Source of the DNA: a virus
Lineage: Duplodnaviria; Caudoviricetes
IMG/VR virus record: IMGVR_UViG_3300032893_000051
Span: 1-57,818 of that record
Direction: 5' to 3' (one strand)
Length of the DNA: 57,818 bases
Both the position numbers and the translations under genes were made by a program. The notes beneath the pieces are model-generated. The model worked only from the letters and a program-made list of their open reading frames with translations. It was not told the DNA's origin and ran no database searches. Position 1 is the first letter of the stretch, and each line of letters starts with the position of its first letter. Positions 1-9,623 of the stretch are shown in pieces.

Positions 1-127
1 CGATCCGCTTAGATCCGTGAAGGTCGCGAAAAAACGATTGTTCACGGTGTTGTCGTTCAGCTTAACGACCGTGTACATGGAAACCGGCTGCGTAGAGGTA
101 AAGAAATGCGTCGGATTACCAGCAGTG
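1..127. repeat. 127-bp terminal direct repeat (copy 1); assembly overlap indicating a circular, complete genome
   Basis: 1-127 is identical to 57692-57818, and a minus-strand ORF reads in frame through the join. Confidence 0.95.
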
Positions 128-459
128 GTGAAATAAAATCCGGACACCGGCGACTTGAATCTGACTATTCCCTTGCCACCTAGTTGGTTCGAGAAATACG
201 ACGGATATAGCGAAGAATTTGACTGTGCTCCATTATTACCGCCCGGGGACTTGTCGTTCCAGAACGAGAAGGTAGACCCGCTCGACGGGTTGCCCATGGT
301 CGTTGGATCGTTTCCGTCCTCGTACAGGGATCCGGTTGATATCCCATTGCAGCTGGTGATTACCAGACTTGAAGGCGGTGGTGGTGTCTCTAGCACCAGG
401 CCGGCGAGCGCCAGAGCGCTGGCAATCGAGAACAAATAAACTAGGTACGCGTATCTCAT
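1..459 (-). CDS. 5' part of a junction-spanning LamG/ConA-like lectin-fold fibre-associated protein (~273 aa; continues at 57691-57329)
   Basis: ATG at 459 overlaps the upstream TGA. Reads MRYAYLVYLFSIASALALAG...WNDKSPGGNNGAQ...LGGKGIVRF...SMYTVVKL and joins ORF 57329..57769 in frame. Not in the ORF track. Confidence 0.8.
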   Translation of the reverse strand, partial: MRYAYLVYLFSIASALALAGLVLETPPPPSSLVITSCNGISTGSLYEDGNDPTTMGNPSSGSTFSFWNDKSPGGNNGAQSNSSLYPSYFSNQLGGKGIVRFKSPVSGFYFTTAGNPTHFFTSTQPVSMYTVVKLNDNTVNNRFFATFTDLSGS

Positions 460-2144
460 TCAGAGAACCCCTGCGATGCATAGCAATGAAAATTTGAAGA
501 TGTTGATTGCTGAACGAGCACGTGGATGTCGTCGTACAGCCCGGCGGCGGATAGCGTTGGTGCGCCGACCGAGCCCCAGTCGCACTTCGGTATCGACAGC
601 GTAGCGGAGCTGGCCACCTTCACCTTCACCACATATGCTCCTCCCGCCACCGCCCCGGAAAGTGTGAGCGTGCAAGCATCGGAGGCGGTCAGGTCGACCT
701 CGGCCGTGGCGGAGTTCAGGGAGTTAAAGTTCACCGTGCCTGACGTCGTGCAGGTCACTGCACTTCCAGGCCACGCAGGGGCCATGTTGTAAACGTTGGT
801 CCCGTCGTTGTAGTCCACCGGAGCAAAATAGAGTCCGGTAACCGGAATTGAAGAGGTGCCCCACTGAGCGGTGAATGCCGTGGAGCTGGTCGGGAACATG
901 TTGAACATGATCTCGGGGGTGGCCGAGCTCATCGGAGTCAGAGCGAACCAAATTCCAGTGGGAAGATTCCCAGAGCTCCAGTTCCCAGCTGCGTACCAGT
1001 CTAGGAACGCAGTGGATCCCGGATGCAAAATGCTGGTTCCGTCGTATCCCGATGCGGCTATTATTCCCAGATTGTCGAACTGCTGCGGATAGGCTGGACT
1101 AGCGAAGCTTCCCCTTGAGGCAGACAAGGCGATGTACGCGCCTCCGAACTGACCGTTTTGCTCGTTCGCGGCTTCGATGTTAAGTCCCACTACCGCAGTC
1201 GGACTGGAAGTGTCCGCTGCAATGTATAGGTTAGAGACCGGCACTCCGAAAATGCCTTTCTGCACCGCTAGCCCTGCGGCGATCTGATCCCCAAGGTTGA
1301 TTGTGGAGTTGACGTAGACGTTACCCGGTCCCTGAATGGAGGTGCCCGAGTTCGACGAGCCGATGTCCCCGGAGCTGTTCGTAGACCAAAGCAGATTCGC
1401 TCCGGACGCGCTCGAGAGAGTCACGGCTCCGGTAAAGGAAGGATTCGCCGTGGGGGCCTTGTTGTTGAAGGTCGTCCAATCGGCCGAACTCAAAAGACCC
1501 GGCTGTGATCCTGACGCCGTCTGAACGTTGACCGTGGTTCCGGATCCGACGACAGCCCCTGTTCCCCCTCCGATACTCACACCGGTAGTGGAGGTACTTA
1601 GGTTACCTAACGTTAGTGCGCTCTGCTTCGAGTTGAAAGTATTCCAGTCCGCCGAGGATAAATATCCGGCCTGAGATGCGCCGGCCTGCTTCACCTGAAT
1701 CGAGGTTCCTGATCCGATTACGGCGCCGGTCCCACCGGAAATAGTCAGAACTGAGCTGGTCGCCTCGGTTAGGTTTCCGGTAGTGATCGCCCCCTGTTTG
1801 TTATTGAACGTAGTCCAGTCCGCAGCGCTGAGAAGTCCTGGCTGAGATCCGGAGGCGGTTTGGATGTTTACCGCAGTTCCCGATCCTATTACCGCACCGG
1901 TGCCTCCGGTGACCGACACACCGGTTGTCCCGGAAGTGAGGTTCCCGAGCGTTAGAGCGGGCTCTTTATTATTGAAGGTGTTCCAATCCGTGGCGGACAG
2001 ATACCCGTTACTGGCGGTGGTCGCCAGGCCAATGGACATCACCCCATTCGACAGGTTTAGAGGGCTCTGGGCCGTGATCCTCTGGGTGTTCTGTGCGGCT
2101 ATGGCCAGCGCTGGAATCAGAATAGAAAGAAGAAATATCCTCAT
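456..2144 (-). CDS. Tail-fibre/adhesin-like protein with signal peptide and ~56-aa repeats
   Basis: Gly/Ser/Thr-rich; four G(Y/L)LSxxDW(N/T)TFNxK repeats; hydrophobic N-terminus ending ALAIAA; downstream of baseplate genes. Confidence 0.75.
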   Translation of the reverse strand: MRIFLLSILIPALAIAAQNTQRITAQSPLNLSNGVMSIGLATTASNGYLSATDWNTFNNKEPALTLGNLTSGTTGVSVTGGTGAVIGSGTAVNIQTASGSQPGLLSAADWTTFNNKQGAITTGNLTEATSSVLTISGGTGAVIGSGTSIQVKQAGASQAGYLSSADWNTFNSKQSALTLGNLSTSTTGVSIGGGTGAVVGSGTTVNVQTASGSQPGLLSSADWTTFNNKAPTANPSFTGAVTLSSASGANLLWSTNSSGDIGSSNSGTSIQGPGNVYVNSTINLGDQIAAGLAVQKGIFGVPVSNLYIAADTSSPTAVVGLNIEAANEQNGQFGGAYIALSASRGSFASPAYPQQFDNLGIIAASGYDGTSILHPGSTAFLDWYAAGNWSSGNLPTGIWFALTPMSSATPEIMFNMFPTSSTAFTAQWGTSSIPVTGLYFAPVDYNDGTNVYNMAPAWPGSAVTCTTSGTVNFNSLNSATAEVDLTASDACTLTLSGAVAGGAYVVKVKVASSATLSIPKCDWGSVGAPTLSAAGLYDDIHVLVQQSTSSNFHCYASQGFSE

Positions 2145-2152
2145 TTTATCTC

Positions 2153-3166
2153 CTAGTGACTAGAGCTCCTCTGTCCTTTGCATTCGAAGGTAAAAGCAAT
2201 ATCGGCCTGTCCAGGAACAGAGGTGTTCCACATATCAAATTCAACTGAGGCCGTCGGGGTTCCGGTTACGAATACCGAGCAAATAGTTGAAAGGTTGTCC
2301 ACGGCGTTGCACGTGCACTGAGCCTGATCCTGGTAGCTCGTATTGAAGGTGATGACAAACTGCCCGGTCGACACACGCGTGCAGCCGTATCCCTCTCCCT
2401 GAAGTCCCGTGTCCGGAGACGTGTAGCACGTAGTTCCGCTCGAGGCTGCGTGGTTAACGCCACCTCTGATTATCTGCAATCCGCTGGTGGAGGGAGTCGC
2501 CGAAACCACCGCCGGAAAGCAGGAGTTGCTGGAGGGCAGGCACACCTCCAGGGTGTTGTTTGAGAAGTCCTGCAAATCCGTACCCGTGTTGTTGTATCCG
2601 ATCTTTAACGGAGTATTCAGGACTAGGTCTACGATTGAATCGTCGGTGTTCTTGAAAAGCGCCGGCCTAAGCGCAGAAGAGTCATCTCCGATGACTATTG
2701 CTCCGTGGGAATAAGAGCTATCGTTGCAGATCAGAGCGGCTCGGCCATTGTTGTTTACGGTGCCTAGCTCTATGCAGTTGCTCGGAGACTGTATGTAGGC
2801 ATCTCCAGAGGAGGTGCCCCACGTCGGAAAAGTCGCGCCAACCGATCCTAGTATCACTCCGGAGGCTCCGCTTATGACTATGTCGCCGGAGTCCGCGCCG
2901 GGGTGTTGGTTCACCAGAATGGAGTTAGCCGCGCAGGTAATGTTCGTGGTGCTGTTTCCCACCAGCACGCAGTTGGTAGTGAAGCTGGCTTGGCCAGTTC
3001 CACCGTTGGCGACGTTCAGCACTCCAGTCACCGCAGCTGACTGGGACACATCTATGGCGCCCCATCCCGGAAGGGATCCGGAGCTGGGCATCCGGTAGAC
3101 ATTGTACGCAACCCTGCCAAAAGCGATCGAAGGAAGAAGTATAAGAAGTAGGAATAAATTTTTCAT
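2153..3166 (-). CDS. Tail-fibre-like protein with signal peptide
   Basis: VTGVLNVANGGTG fibre-shaft motif; C-terminal RVSTGQFVITF beta-domain typical of fibre tips; MKNLFLLLILLPSIAFG N-terminus. Confidence 0.7.
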   Translation of the reverse strand: MKNLFLLLILLPSIAFGRVAYNVYRMPSSGSLPGWGAIDVSQSAAVTGVLNVANGGTGQASFTTNCVLVGNSTTNITCAANSILVNQHPGADSGDIVISGASGVILGSVGATFPTWGTSSGDAYIQSPSNCIELGTVNNNGRAALICNDSSYSHGAIVIGDDSSALRPALFKNTDDSIVDLVLNTPLKIGYNNTGTDLQDFSNNTLEVCLPSSNSCFPAVVSATPSTSGLQIIRGGVNHAASSGTTCYTSPDTGLQGEGYGCTRVSTGQFVITFNTSYQDQAQCTCNAVDNLSTICSVFVTGTPTASVEFDMWNTSVPGQADIAFTFECKGQRSSSH

Positions 3167-3651
3167 GTGCTCACTTGCCAGTATACACCGGCTCCGTTTG
3201 AGTGAAGTCGAATCGTTTCTCCGTTGGCTCCCAAAGTAATAGAACTGCCGGCAGACTGGTTTTCTATCTTGTCGGATCCAGTAGTCAGGGCGATCGTGAC
3301 GGCGTTCGCGTTCGTGTAGTTGATGTTTTTTATGATGAAGTCCACATCCAGGTTGGAAGCTGAGTCCGGAAGTGTCACGGTCAGCGGCGCTCCAGATGGA
3401 TTCGCGAAGATGATCGGTACTCCGACCTGGGCCGTGTAGTTTCCCGTTACGGTGACCGAGGTCGGGTTTTGGTTAGACGCGAAGTCCAGCCACTGAATCC
3501 AACGATCCACAAGGTTGAAAAGGTAGTTCTCGTACTGCGAAGGGGGCATCTGCCCGACTTGCCATCCCGAGGTCGACTGGCCACCAGAGGGTTGTATGCA
3601 ATTCGACTGAGAGGGGTTCCAGTTAAGATAGTTTGATGGTTTTGAAGGCAT
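3163..3651 (-). CDS. Short proximal tail fibre / baseplate-attachment protein
   Basis: N-terminal 'GWxxGQMPPSQYENYLFN...WIQWL' baseplate-anchoring motif; VTLP...FIIKN domain; follows the DUF2612-like gene. Confidence 0.7.
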   Translation of the reverse strand: MPSKPSNYLNWNPSQSNCIQPSGGQSTSGWQVGQMPPSQYENYLFNLVDRWIQWLDFASNQNPTSVTVTGNYTAQVGVPIIFANPSGAPLTVTLPDSASNLDVDFIIKNINYTNANAVTIALTTGSDKIENQSAGSSITLGANGETIRLHSNGAGVYWQVST

Positions 3652-3660
3652 CCCTCTCTC

Positions 3661-4290
3661 CTACGCTGCTGCGTTATTAAATACTATACCAGCGAACACT
3701 CCACCCACGAACGACGGATTCGTCGCGTCAGAGAACCCGCCGCCGGTCCCATTTGGTAAATTCCCGTTTAGGTCCGACATCCTGAAAGCATTCGACGGAT
3801 CTCCCACCGCCACGAATCCCAATCCAATTCCCCCGCCCATGGATCCCTGAATCAGCGCCGAGGCCTGCTGGTACAGGCTTGGATCTAGCGTCGCTCCTCC
3901 TACCTCGAAGTCCATTTCCGCAGGGAACATCTCGAAGGCCAATAGAAGGGTGGGATTGAACAAATTCTGAACCAGGGTGACGAGCTCCTGGATCGTAGTC
4001 TGGGAAAAGTTCTCTGAAATCTGTGCTCTCAGAAAAACATAGTACTCCGCGTCCGAGAGGCCGTCGCGCGCGCGGCCGACGATTTGTCCGATGTTGTCCA
4101 GCTGCTGGCCGGAGGCGCCGTTGTTAAAAAGCTGGGTCAGCGCCACCATGTTGTAGGCGGCGTTCTCCAGGTCCTGAATCTGATCGACTAGGGCAGCCAG
4201 AAGTCCGTTGAAAAGAGGCAGGCCCTGGTACTGCTCCATGAGCTGGGCCTCGGCTTGCTCGACGTGATTTGGAATATAGGTGACGAGCAT
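3661..4290 (-). CDS. Baseplate wedge protein (DUF2612-like)
   Basis: GQQLDNIGQIVGRAR...SDAEY motif; position after baseplate J. Confidence 0.8.
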   Translation of the reverse strand: MLVTYIPNHVEQAEAQLMEQYQGLPLFNGLLAALVDQIQDLENAAYNMVALTQLFNNGASGQQLDNIGQIVGRARDGLSDAEYYVFLRAQISENFSQTTIQELVTLVQNLFNPTLLLAFEMFPAEMDFEVGGATLDPSLYQQASALIQGSMGGGIGLGFVAVGDPSNAFRMSDLNGNLPNGTGGGFSDATNPSFVGGVFAGIVFNNAAA

Positions 4291-7046
4291 TACACGTAAC
4301 TAATCTGGACGTTGAACGACTCGAACTGTGCCTGCTGCTCGGGGAGCAGAGGAACGTTCGTCGCGTATCCGGTCCAGAACTGTCCTCCTGTGGTGTTTTC
4401 CGTCGCTTCCTGGGACATTGTGATCGATCCGCCTCCGGCCGACACGACAACTGTGTTCGGTGGGATGCCCTGACCGACGATGAACATTCCGGGTACGACG
4501 CCCGCAGTGGAGACCACGCTCGACATCGTCGTGCTTCCCTCGGTCAGGTCTCCGTTGCTGGTGAAAAGAGCCGCCTCCGAGAAAATCATCGAATAGGCCA
4601 AAATTCCGGGAACTGAGTTAAAAGCTCCGATCAGTCCGTTCGTTCCAAGGGCGACCACGGTGCCGCCGATGGGCGTGGCGTTTCCTATTTCTACTATGTC
4701 GTTTTGTATGGTCTGCACACTACCCGGATTAAACATAGGATTTGGGTTCTGAATCCCATTCTTTATTAGGTCGGTGACCATGACCACTATCACGAAGAAA
4801 GCAACCGAGGTCGGTCGGCTGAACGAAATAATGTACTCGTTTCCGGCAGAGTCGGTGACGACTATCGCGTAGACGAAGGTGAAGGAGAATGTCCCTGAGC
4901 TGGTAGCCGCCTGGCTAAGAGTGACGCTGGATGCCGCCACGGATTTTACGGTGGTGCCAGGGGGAATGCCAGTTCCCGAAACCGACATCCCCACGAAGAT
5001 CCCCGCCGTGCTCGAAATCGACGTAATCGACTGGCCGCTGGAGACGATCGTCCCTGTTTGAATAACGCTGTTGCCGTAGGTCTGGATCCCACCCGGCTTC
5101 GAGTTGTAGATCGCCTGGGCAATCGCCGTCGGATCTCCACCCTCGACGACAATCTCCACAGAGTGCGGAGGGCGACCGTACGCGGGCGTGATCGTAATCG
5201 GGTTGGGGACGGAGTCCTCAAGCGAGTTCGAGGAGACTTGGATCAGCGCCTGGCTCTGGCCTCCGGTGCTTCCGTTGAAATCGATGTTAAATCCATTCGC
5301 GAAAGATCCGGTAACCAGTACGGTATACCCGGAAATCGCGTTGATCGCGGCCTGCACGGTGGCTGCGGTGGCCGTGTAGGGAATGGATCCGGTGGTGAAC
5401 GTGAATCCGTTAGATCCGAACTGTAAAGAGAAGGATCCTGACGCCGGCACCGCAGAAAAGTCCACAGTCTGCATAGCGGCGTTTGTCAGGTTCTGGAATC
5501 CAATTGCGGCGGTGACTCCCGGAACTTCCTCGACCTTGTCCACTATGGACTGGAGAGGGCCGTTGGCGTTTGCCTGAAGTAAATTGCTCCTTCGGACCAT
5601 GGCCTGGGTGTCGGTCTCTATGTTCGTACCTGGGATCACATCCAGAGAGTTGTTCACCGCAGTCCATCCCGAAACGGGCGTGTCGATCACGTTCAGGGTG
5701 TTCGCCGGAGCTATAATGGGCCCGGTCTGAGTGCAGGTTGCCGATCCCACGGCCTCCGCGGGAGCGCCAACCACCACATTCTGGGCAAGCACGTTGGTGA
5801 CGAGGCTTCCGTTCTGAAGCGTGTTCGCCACCAGCACCGGAAGGTTCTGCGGCTGATTTCCTGAAGAGGGGTTTTGACCGAATGGAGAGTTCGCTCCGTA
5901 CGAGATCTGAAACCTCAGCGTGAAGGCCACCGCCACAACGTCGGTATAAGGATACACGGAAAAGGTGATAGGCAAGCTGGGAGTCGTCGCCGTGGCGTTC
6001 GCGGACATCGTGACCGTGGTTCCTGAGATCGACAGAACGTAGGTGCCGGCCGGAATTCCCGTTCCCGTGATGTACTGGTTCGGGGCTATCCCGATAATGT
6101 CCTGGATGTTCGTCAGCAGCGGGGATCCGTTGGTGATGTTCCCGGTAGTGCCCCCACCAGCGAAGCTCGAGTCCGCGAGGTTGTTTAAAACGGCCTGTAA
6201 AGAGTTCGTGATGGTGATGACCGCGAGCGTGGTGTTGTTGGCAACTGTCACGATCGGGATGCAAGTGACCCCGACCCACTGGACCACGTAGTACCCGGCG
6301 GATCCGGTGACAACCACGCTGCCATATCCACTCAGGGCACGGATGGCCGACTGGATGGCACCTGCCGTGGGGTAAACCCCCGCGGTCGATATGTTCGCCG
6401 TCTGCAGCGGGATTCCTATCTGCGTGAGGACGAGTGCAAAGTGCGACCCTCCAGTTGGGGTCGTGCTGAACTGAATCTGGGTGTACTGAGAGAAGGTGTT
6501 GTAGGGGAGAGAAGGGATGTTCAGAACGGTCCCGAAACTATCCTCGATCGTGAAGGTGGCAGCACCCTGGTTTGCCTCGTTGCTGAACAGAAATTCCTGT
6601 ACGGCGCTCAGAGCGGCGGCGATCGTCACCTGGGAGTCCAGGGAAAACTGAGACGAGGGACTTCCCTGAACGGAAATCAATTTACCCGCGGGGATGACGG
6701 TTCCGGCAGTCCCAAGAAGAACGAGTCCCGGAACTCCGTTCGTCGTCGGAGCTGTAACCGACGCAGTGGCTGCGAGCCGGCGTAGGTTGTTTAAAGCGAG
6801 GATATTGTCTACGGAGGTGCCCTCTGCGCCGGAGGGAATTCCGGAGTCGTACACCCCCTCCAAAAGCTGCCAGATCAGGGCTTCCCGCGCGGAGAAGACC
6901 CCCGTCAGCTGTCCGAACACGGACTCGGGAAGCAGGTTGATGTTCACCCCGAAGACGTCCTGCAGCGCCGCGTTTATTTCCGTGATGATCTGGCTCTGCT
7001 GCTTCACCACGAAACCGGCTGGTGTTACTCCGAATTGCTGTGCCAC
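4290..7046 (-). CDS. Baseplate J-like wedge protein with large inserted beta-domains
   Basis: FGVTPAGF start, SVFGQL, AEGTSVD, GPIIAPANTL..IDTP, ETD..RR and PPHSVEIVVEGGD motifs; 918 aa because of insertions. Confidence 0.85.
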   Translation of the reverse strand: MAQQFGVTPAGFVVKQQSQIITEINAALQDVFGVNINLLPESVFGQLTGVFSAREALIWQLLEGVYDSGIPSGAEGTSVDNILALNNLRRLAATASVTAPTTNGVPGLVLLGTAGTVIPAGKLISVQGSPSSQFSLDSQVTIAAALSAVQEFLFSNEANQGAATFTIEDSFGTVLNIPSLPYNTFSQYTQIQFSTTPTGGSHFALVLTQIGIPLQTANISTAGVYPTAGAIQSAIRALSGYGSVVVTGSAGYYVVQWVGVTCIPIVTVANNTTLAVITITNSLQAVLNNLADSSFAGGGTTGNITNGSPLLTNIQDIIGIAPNQYITGTGIPAGTYVLSISGTTVTMSANATATTPSLPITFSVYPYTDVVAVAFTLRFQISYGANSPFGQNPSSGNQPQNLPVLVANTLQNGSLVTNVLAQNVVVGAPAEAVGSATCTQTGPIIAPANTLNVIDTPVSGWTAVNNSLDVIPGTNIETDTQAMVRRSNLLQANANGPLQSIVDKVEEVPGVTAAIGFQNLTNAAMQTVDFSAVPASGSFSLQFGSNGFTFTTGSIPYTATAATVQAAINAISGYTVLVTGSFANGFNIDFNGSTGGQSQALIQVSSNSLEDSVPNPITITPAYGRPPHSVEIVVEGGDPTAIAQAIYNSKPGGIQTYGNSVIQTGTIVSSGQSITSISSTAGIFVGMSVSGTGIPPGTTVKSVAASSVTLSQAATSSGTFSFTFVYAIVVTDSAGNEYIISFSRPTSVAFFVIVVMVTDLIKNGIQNPNPMFNPGSVQTIQNDIVEIGNATPIGGTVVALGTNGLIGAFNSVPGILAYSMIFSEAALFTSNGDLTEGSTTMSSVVSTAGVVPGMFIVGQGIPPNTVVVSAGGGSITMSQEATENTTGGQFWTGYATNVPLLPEQQAQFESFNVQISYV

Positions 7047-7430
7047 TTATCCTCCGGTGGAAATCAATCCCTGATAGTTTACCGTACCGCTTGTCGTAAG
7101 GGCCGAAAACGAAATGTTTAGCGTCCGGTTCACGAAGTCGACCCTGAAAGAATAGGAGTTCAGAAGAGTGACTCCAGGCGTCGAGAGAATCTGGCTCGCG
7201 AACAACGAGTCTATTACTGACTGATTGGGGTTCTTCACCAGGATCTGCTGAAAGTACGGAAGTCCGATCGTGTTGTCCAGAAACCACTCTCCGAGAAAAA
7301 TCCGAATCCTCTGCACGATGTGCTGCTGTATCGCGTCGAGCTGCGTCGGCGTGATTACTAGATCCCCGTTCTGCACAAGCAGATCGTTGAAAGTGGGACT
7401 AATAGGATTCAAATCGAGGGAGATGTCCAT
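7047..7430 (-). CDS. Baseplate wedge / sheath initiator (gp25-like)
   Basis: IQQHIVQRIRIFLGEWFLDNTIGLPY motif. Confidence 0.8.
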   Translation of the reverse strand: MDISLDLNPISPTFNDLLVQNGDLVITPTQLDAIQQHIVQRIRIFLGEWFLDNTIGLPYFQQILVKNPNQSVIDSLFASQILSTPGVTLLNSYSFRVDFVNRTLNISFSALTTSGTVNYQGLISTGG

Positions 7431-8221
7431 CAGCTTCCTTCTATGGTCTTTAGCTCAGTTTGAATTAATGTGGCCTCCACCGCAACTGCTGTCGCTTCGG
7501 CAATAATTGCAGGAAGCGCGGCGGCAAGCGTGGCGAAAGCTGCAGCCACCGTCGGATACGAGGTCAAGAAACTGATATCCGTGGAGGTGACCGTGGCCGC
7601 CGTCTCCACCAGAGTCGCAAACTCCGCCACCGTAGTTGCGAGGCTAGAGAGTTGACCCGCAGTCTGGTCCGCAAGGTTCACCAACTCCACTAGTCCGTTC
7701 GTAAATTTAAAGGTGCCCGGTTTCTGAAGGTAAATCTCCGCTTGGCCATTGTGCAGGACCATGTCGTCCGGGTTCGACGGGTTCGGCACCTGCTGGAGTG
7801 CGGTCCTGATTCCCGGAATAAATACCGGATCCGAAAGGTCGTGGTGTCGGGTGTCCTGCGGATCCAGGACGTTTGGACTTACTGGGTTCATGGTTGCTGC
7901 GAAGAACTGGTCTAGGGATTCCTCGCAGAACAAAGCGATTCCGACGTCACCAACCTGAATGGGCATCTTTATCCAGTAGTCGTTTCCAGAGGGGTATGCC
8001 ACCAGGACGTTTTGAATCTGCGGGTAGGCGACTACGGATCCGTCAACCACGCTTGTGTCCTTGATCAATGGTTGAAGATCCACTATCCCCGAGGATCGTA
8101 TTCTTGTTACCTGCGCGGGAATCCAGGTGTGCGTGTTTTGTAGGGCTATTTCTATCCCAAGCCGGATCACATCATCGAAGGGAAGCGTCTGGGCTCCGGG
8201 AGAAATAAATGGATTACTCAT
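7430..8221 (-). CDS. Baseplate central spike (Gp138/gpV-like)
   Basis: VDLQPL, PIQVGDVGIALF and RHHDLSDPVFIPG motifs. Confidence 0.8.
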   Translation of the reverse strand: MSNPFISPGAQTLPFDDVIRLGIEIALQNTHTWIPAQVTRIRSSGIVDLQPLIKDTSVVDGSVVAYPQIQNVLVAYPSGNDYWIKMPIQVGDVGIALFCEESLDQFFAATMNPVSPNVLDPQDTRHHDLSDPVFIPGIRTALQQVPNPSNPDDMVLHNGQAEIYLQKPGTFKFTNGLVELVNLADQTAGQLSSLATTVAEFATLVETAATVTSTDISFLTSYPTVAAAFATLAAALPAIIAEATAVAVEATLIQTELKTIEGS

Positions 8222-9297
8222 GCGATGGTGCTCCCAATGGACTGGTTGCCTATGACGGGAGTCAGAGCCTCAACCTGAATTCCCTCTCCGGCTACTTGCC
8301 ATTTTTCGCCATGGGTGTCCCCCTCGAAGTGAGCTCGCCTCACGCAGAAGGTACTGCCGTTGATCATCTCTGAGAATATCTGAACATAGGACTGCGGGAT
8401 GATATAAGGATTGAGTAGGCTAACAAAATTGCAGTTGTACAACGGCCCCACCGGTGGATCGGGCGGCTGCATCGTGATCACAGATGGTACTCCGATGAGT
8501 CCTGTATACCCCAAAGTCTGACCGCTGATTGACACCCCGTTTTGGTTCGAAAGCAAAATAGCCTGCGTGTTCACCGGCTGACTAATGGGGTTTATGTTCA
8601 GAACACCATTGGTAACGTTCCATTGCAGGCCAAAGGGAGTCGTGTATTTATTGAGGGAATTAAAGATTGATCCGTCGCAAACCTCTCCCTTATTAGAAGT
8701 TCTGCTTGGTACCCCTGAGATCGTTCCGATCTGAATGTCCCCGCTAGATGCTTTTACTAGAGCATTAGCGAGACTTAGAATAATGGAGAGCAGACTGGTT
8801 CCGGCCGGAAAGCTCTGGTTGAAGACCGCAAATGTGATTGGCACCTCCGCCTCACCACACTCTATTTTCGTAACGATGTCCGATTCTCTTCTCTCGAAGG
8901 TAATAGCATTCGCAATAGTACTGATATTCCCTATGAATATGGTCTGTACCAAAGGAGTCGATCCGGGAAGTCCCGTGTATCCAGCTCTAAATTTCACTTG
9001 CACCAAAGATGGAGATACTTGTGTTAGAGCCCGTCTTGATTCCTTGCTCTGATTGTAAATCTCGAACTTCGCCTTGTTCGCAGTCCCCGACGATACCTTG
9101 TCGATATCGAATACGATCCTGGCCCCCGACGGAGGCACGTCCGCCACCGGACCAGTGGTCTGCATGTTGTTTTTATTGACGACTCCGAGTGCCTGATCGG
9201 AGGAGGAATAGACGAGACCTTGCTGTCCAGGTACCCCAATCGTAAGGCTCCAGGACCGATTGAATAGGTATCGTCCCTGGCTGGTAGCGAGAGCCAT
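8218..9297 (-). CDS. Baseplate hub protein
   Basis: FDIDK...AKFEIYN...FRAGY...IFIG, TGLIGVP, LLNP and GDTHGEKW motifs of myophage hubs. Confidence 0.8.
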   Translation of the reverse strand: MALATSQGRYLFNRSWSLTIGVPGQQGLVYSSSDQALGVVNKNNMQTTGPVADVPPSGARIVFDIDKVSSGTANKAKFEIYNQSKESRRALTQVSPSLVQVKFRAGYTGLPGSTPLVQTIFIGNISTIANAITFERRESDIVTKIECGEAEVPITFAVFNQSFPAGTSLLSIILSLANALVKASSGDIQIGTISGVPSRTSNKGEVCDGSIFNSLNKYTTPFGLQWNVTNGVLNINPISQPVNTQAILLSNQNGVSISGQTLGYTGLIGVPSVITMQPPDPPVGPLYNCNFVSLLNPYIIPQSYVQIFSEMINGSTFCVRRAHFEGDTHGEKWQVAGEGIQVEALTPVIGNQSIGSTIA

Positions 9298-9623
9298 TAT
9301 GCACTCTCATCCAGATAGTAAAGGGTGTGATCTATTTGGAACGAGTTCAGAGTGGGCTGCTGGCCTTTTCCCGAGTTGTCCAAAGAATAGAAAAATCCGT
9401 TTGGAAGGCCCGTCACGACATACTGCCCGTTCACGTTCTGCTGTATCAGAATAGGGAGCCCTACCACCAGAGGGTTATTAGCCGAGTCCCCGATGTCCAA
9501 AATCCACCTGTTTGTCCGGGTGTTGAATCGCATCGTGAGCGTGTACAAATTTCCCGAGAGAGTGATCTGAAACTGATACCAGGGGAGGTTCGACTGAAGC
9601 GGTACCTGAAATAAAGTGGCCAC
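9297..9623 (-). CDS. Baseplate plug-like protein
   Basis: FQITLSG..Y.L..RFN....WILDI motif; synteny. Confidence 0.7.
   Translation of the reverse strand: MATLFQVPLQSNLPWYQFQITLSGNLYTLTMRFNTRTNRWILDIGDSANNPLVVGLPILIQQNVNGQYVVTGLPNGFFYSLDNSGKGQQPTLNSFQIDHTLYYLDESA

Noticed and set aside
1-127. Biological terminal repeat of the virion DNA
   Set aside because: It is exactly 127 nt (a common assembler k-mer) and falls mid-gene, so an assembly overlap is the better explanation
456-3651. Diversity-generating retroelement or invertible fibre cassette
   Set aside because: No reverse transcriptase, recombinase or template/variable repeat pair was seen
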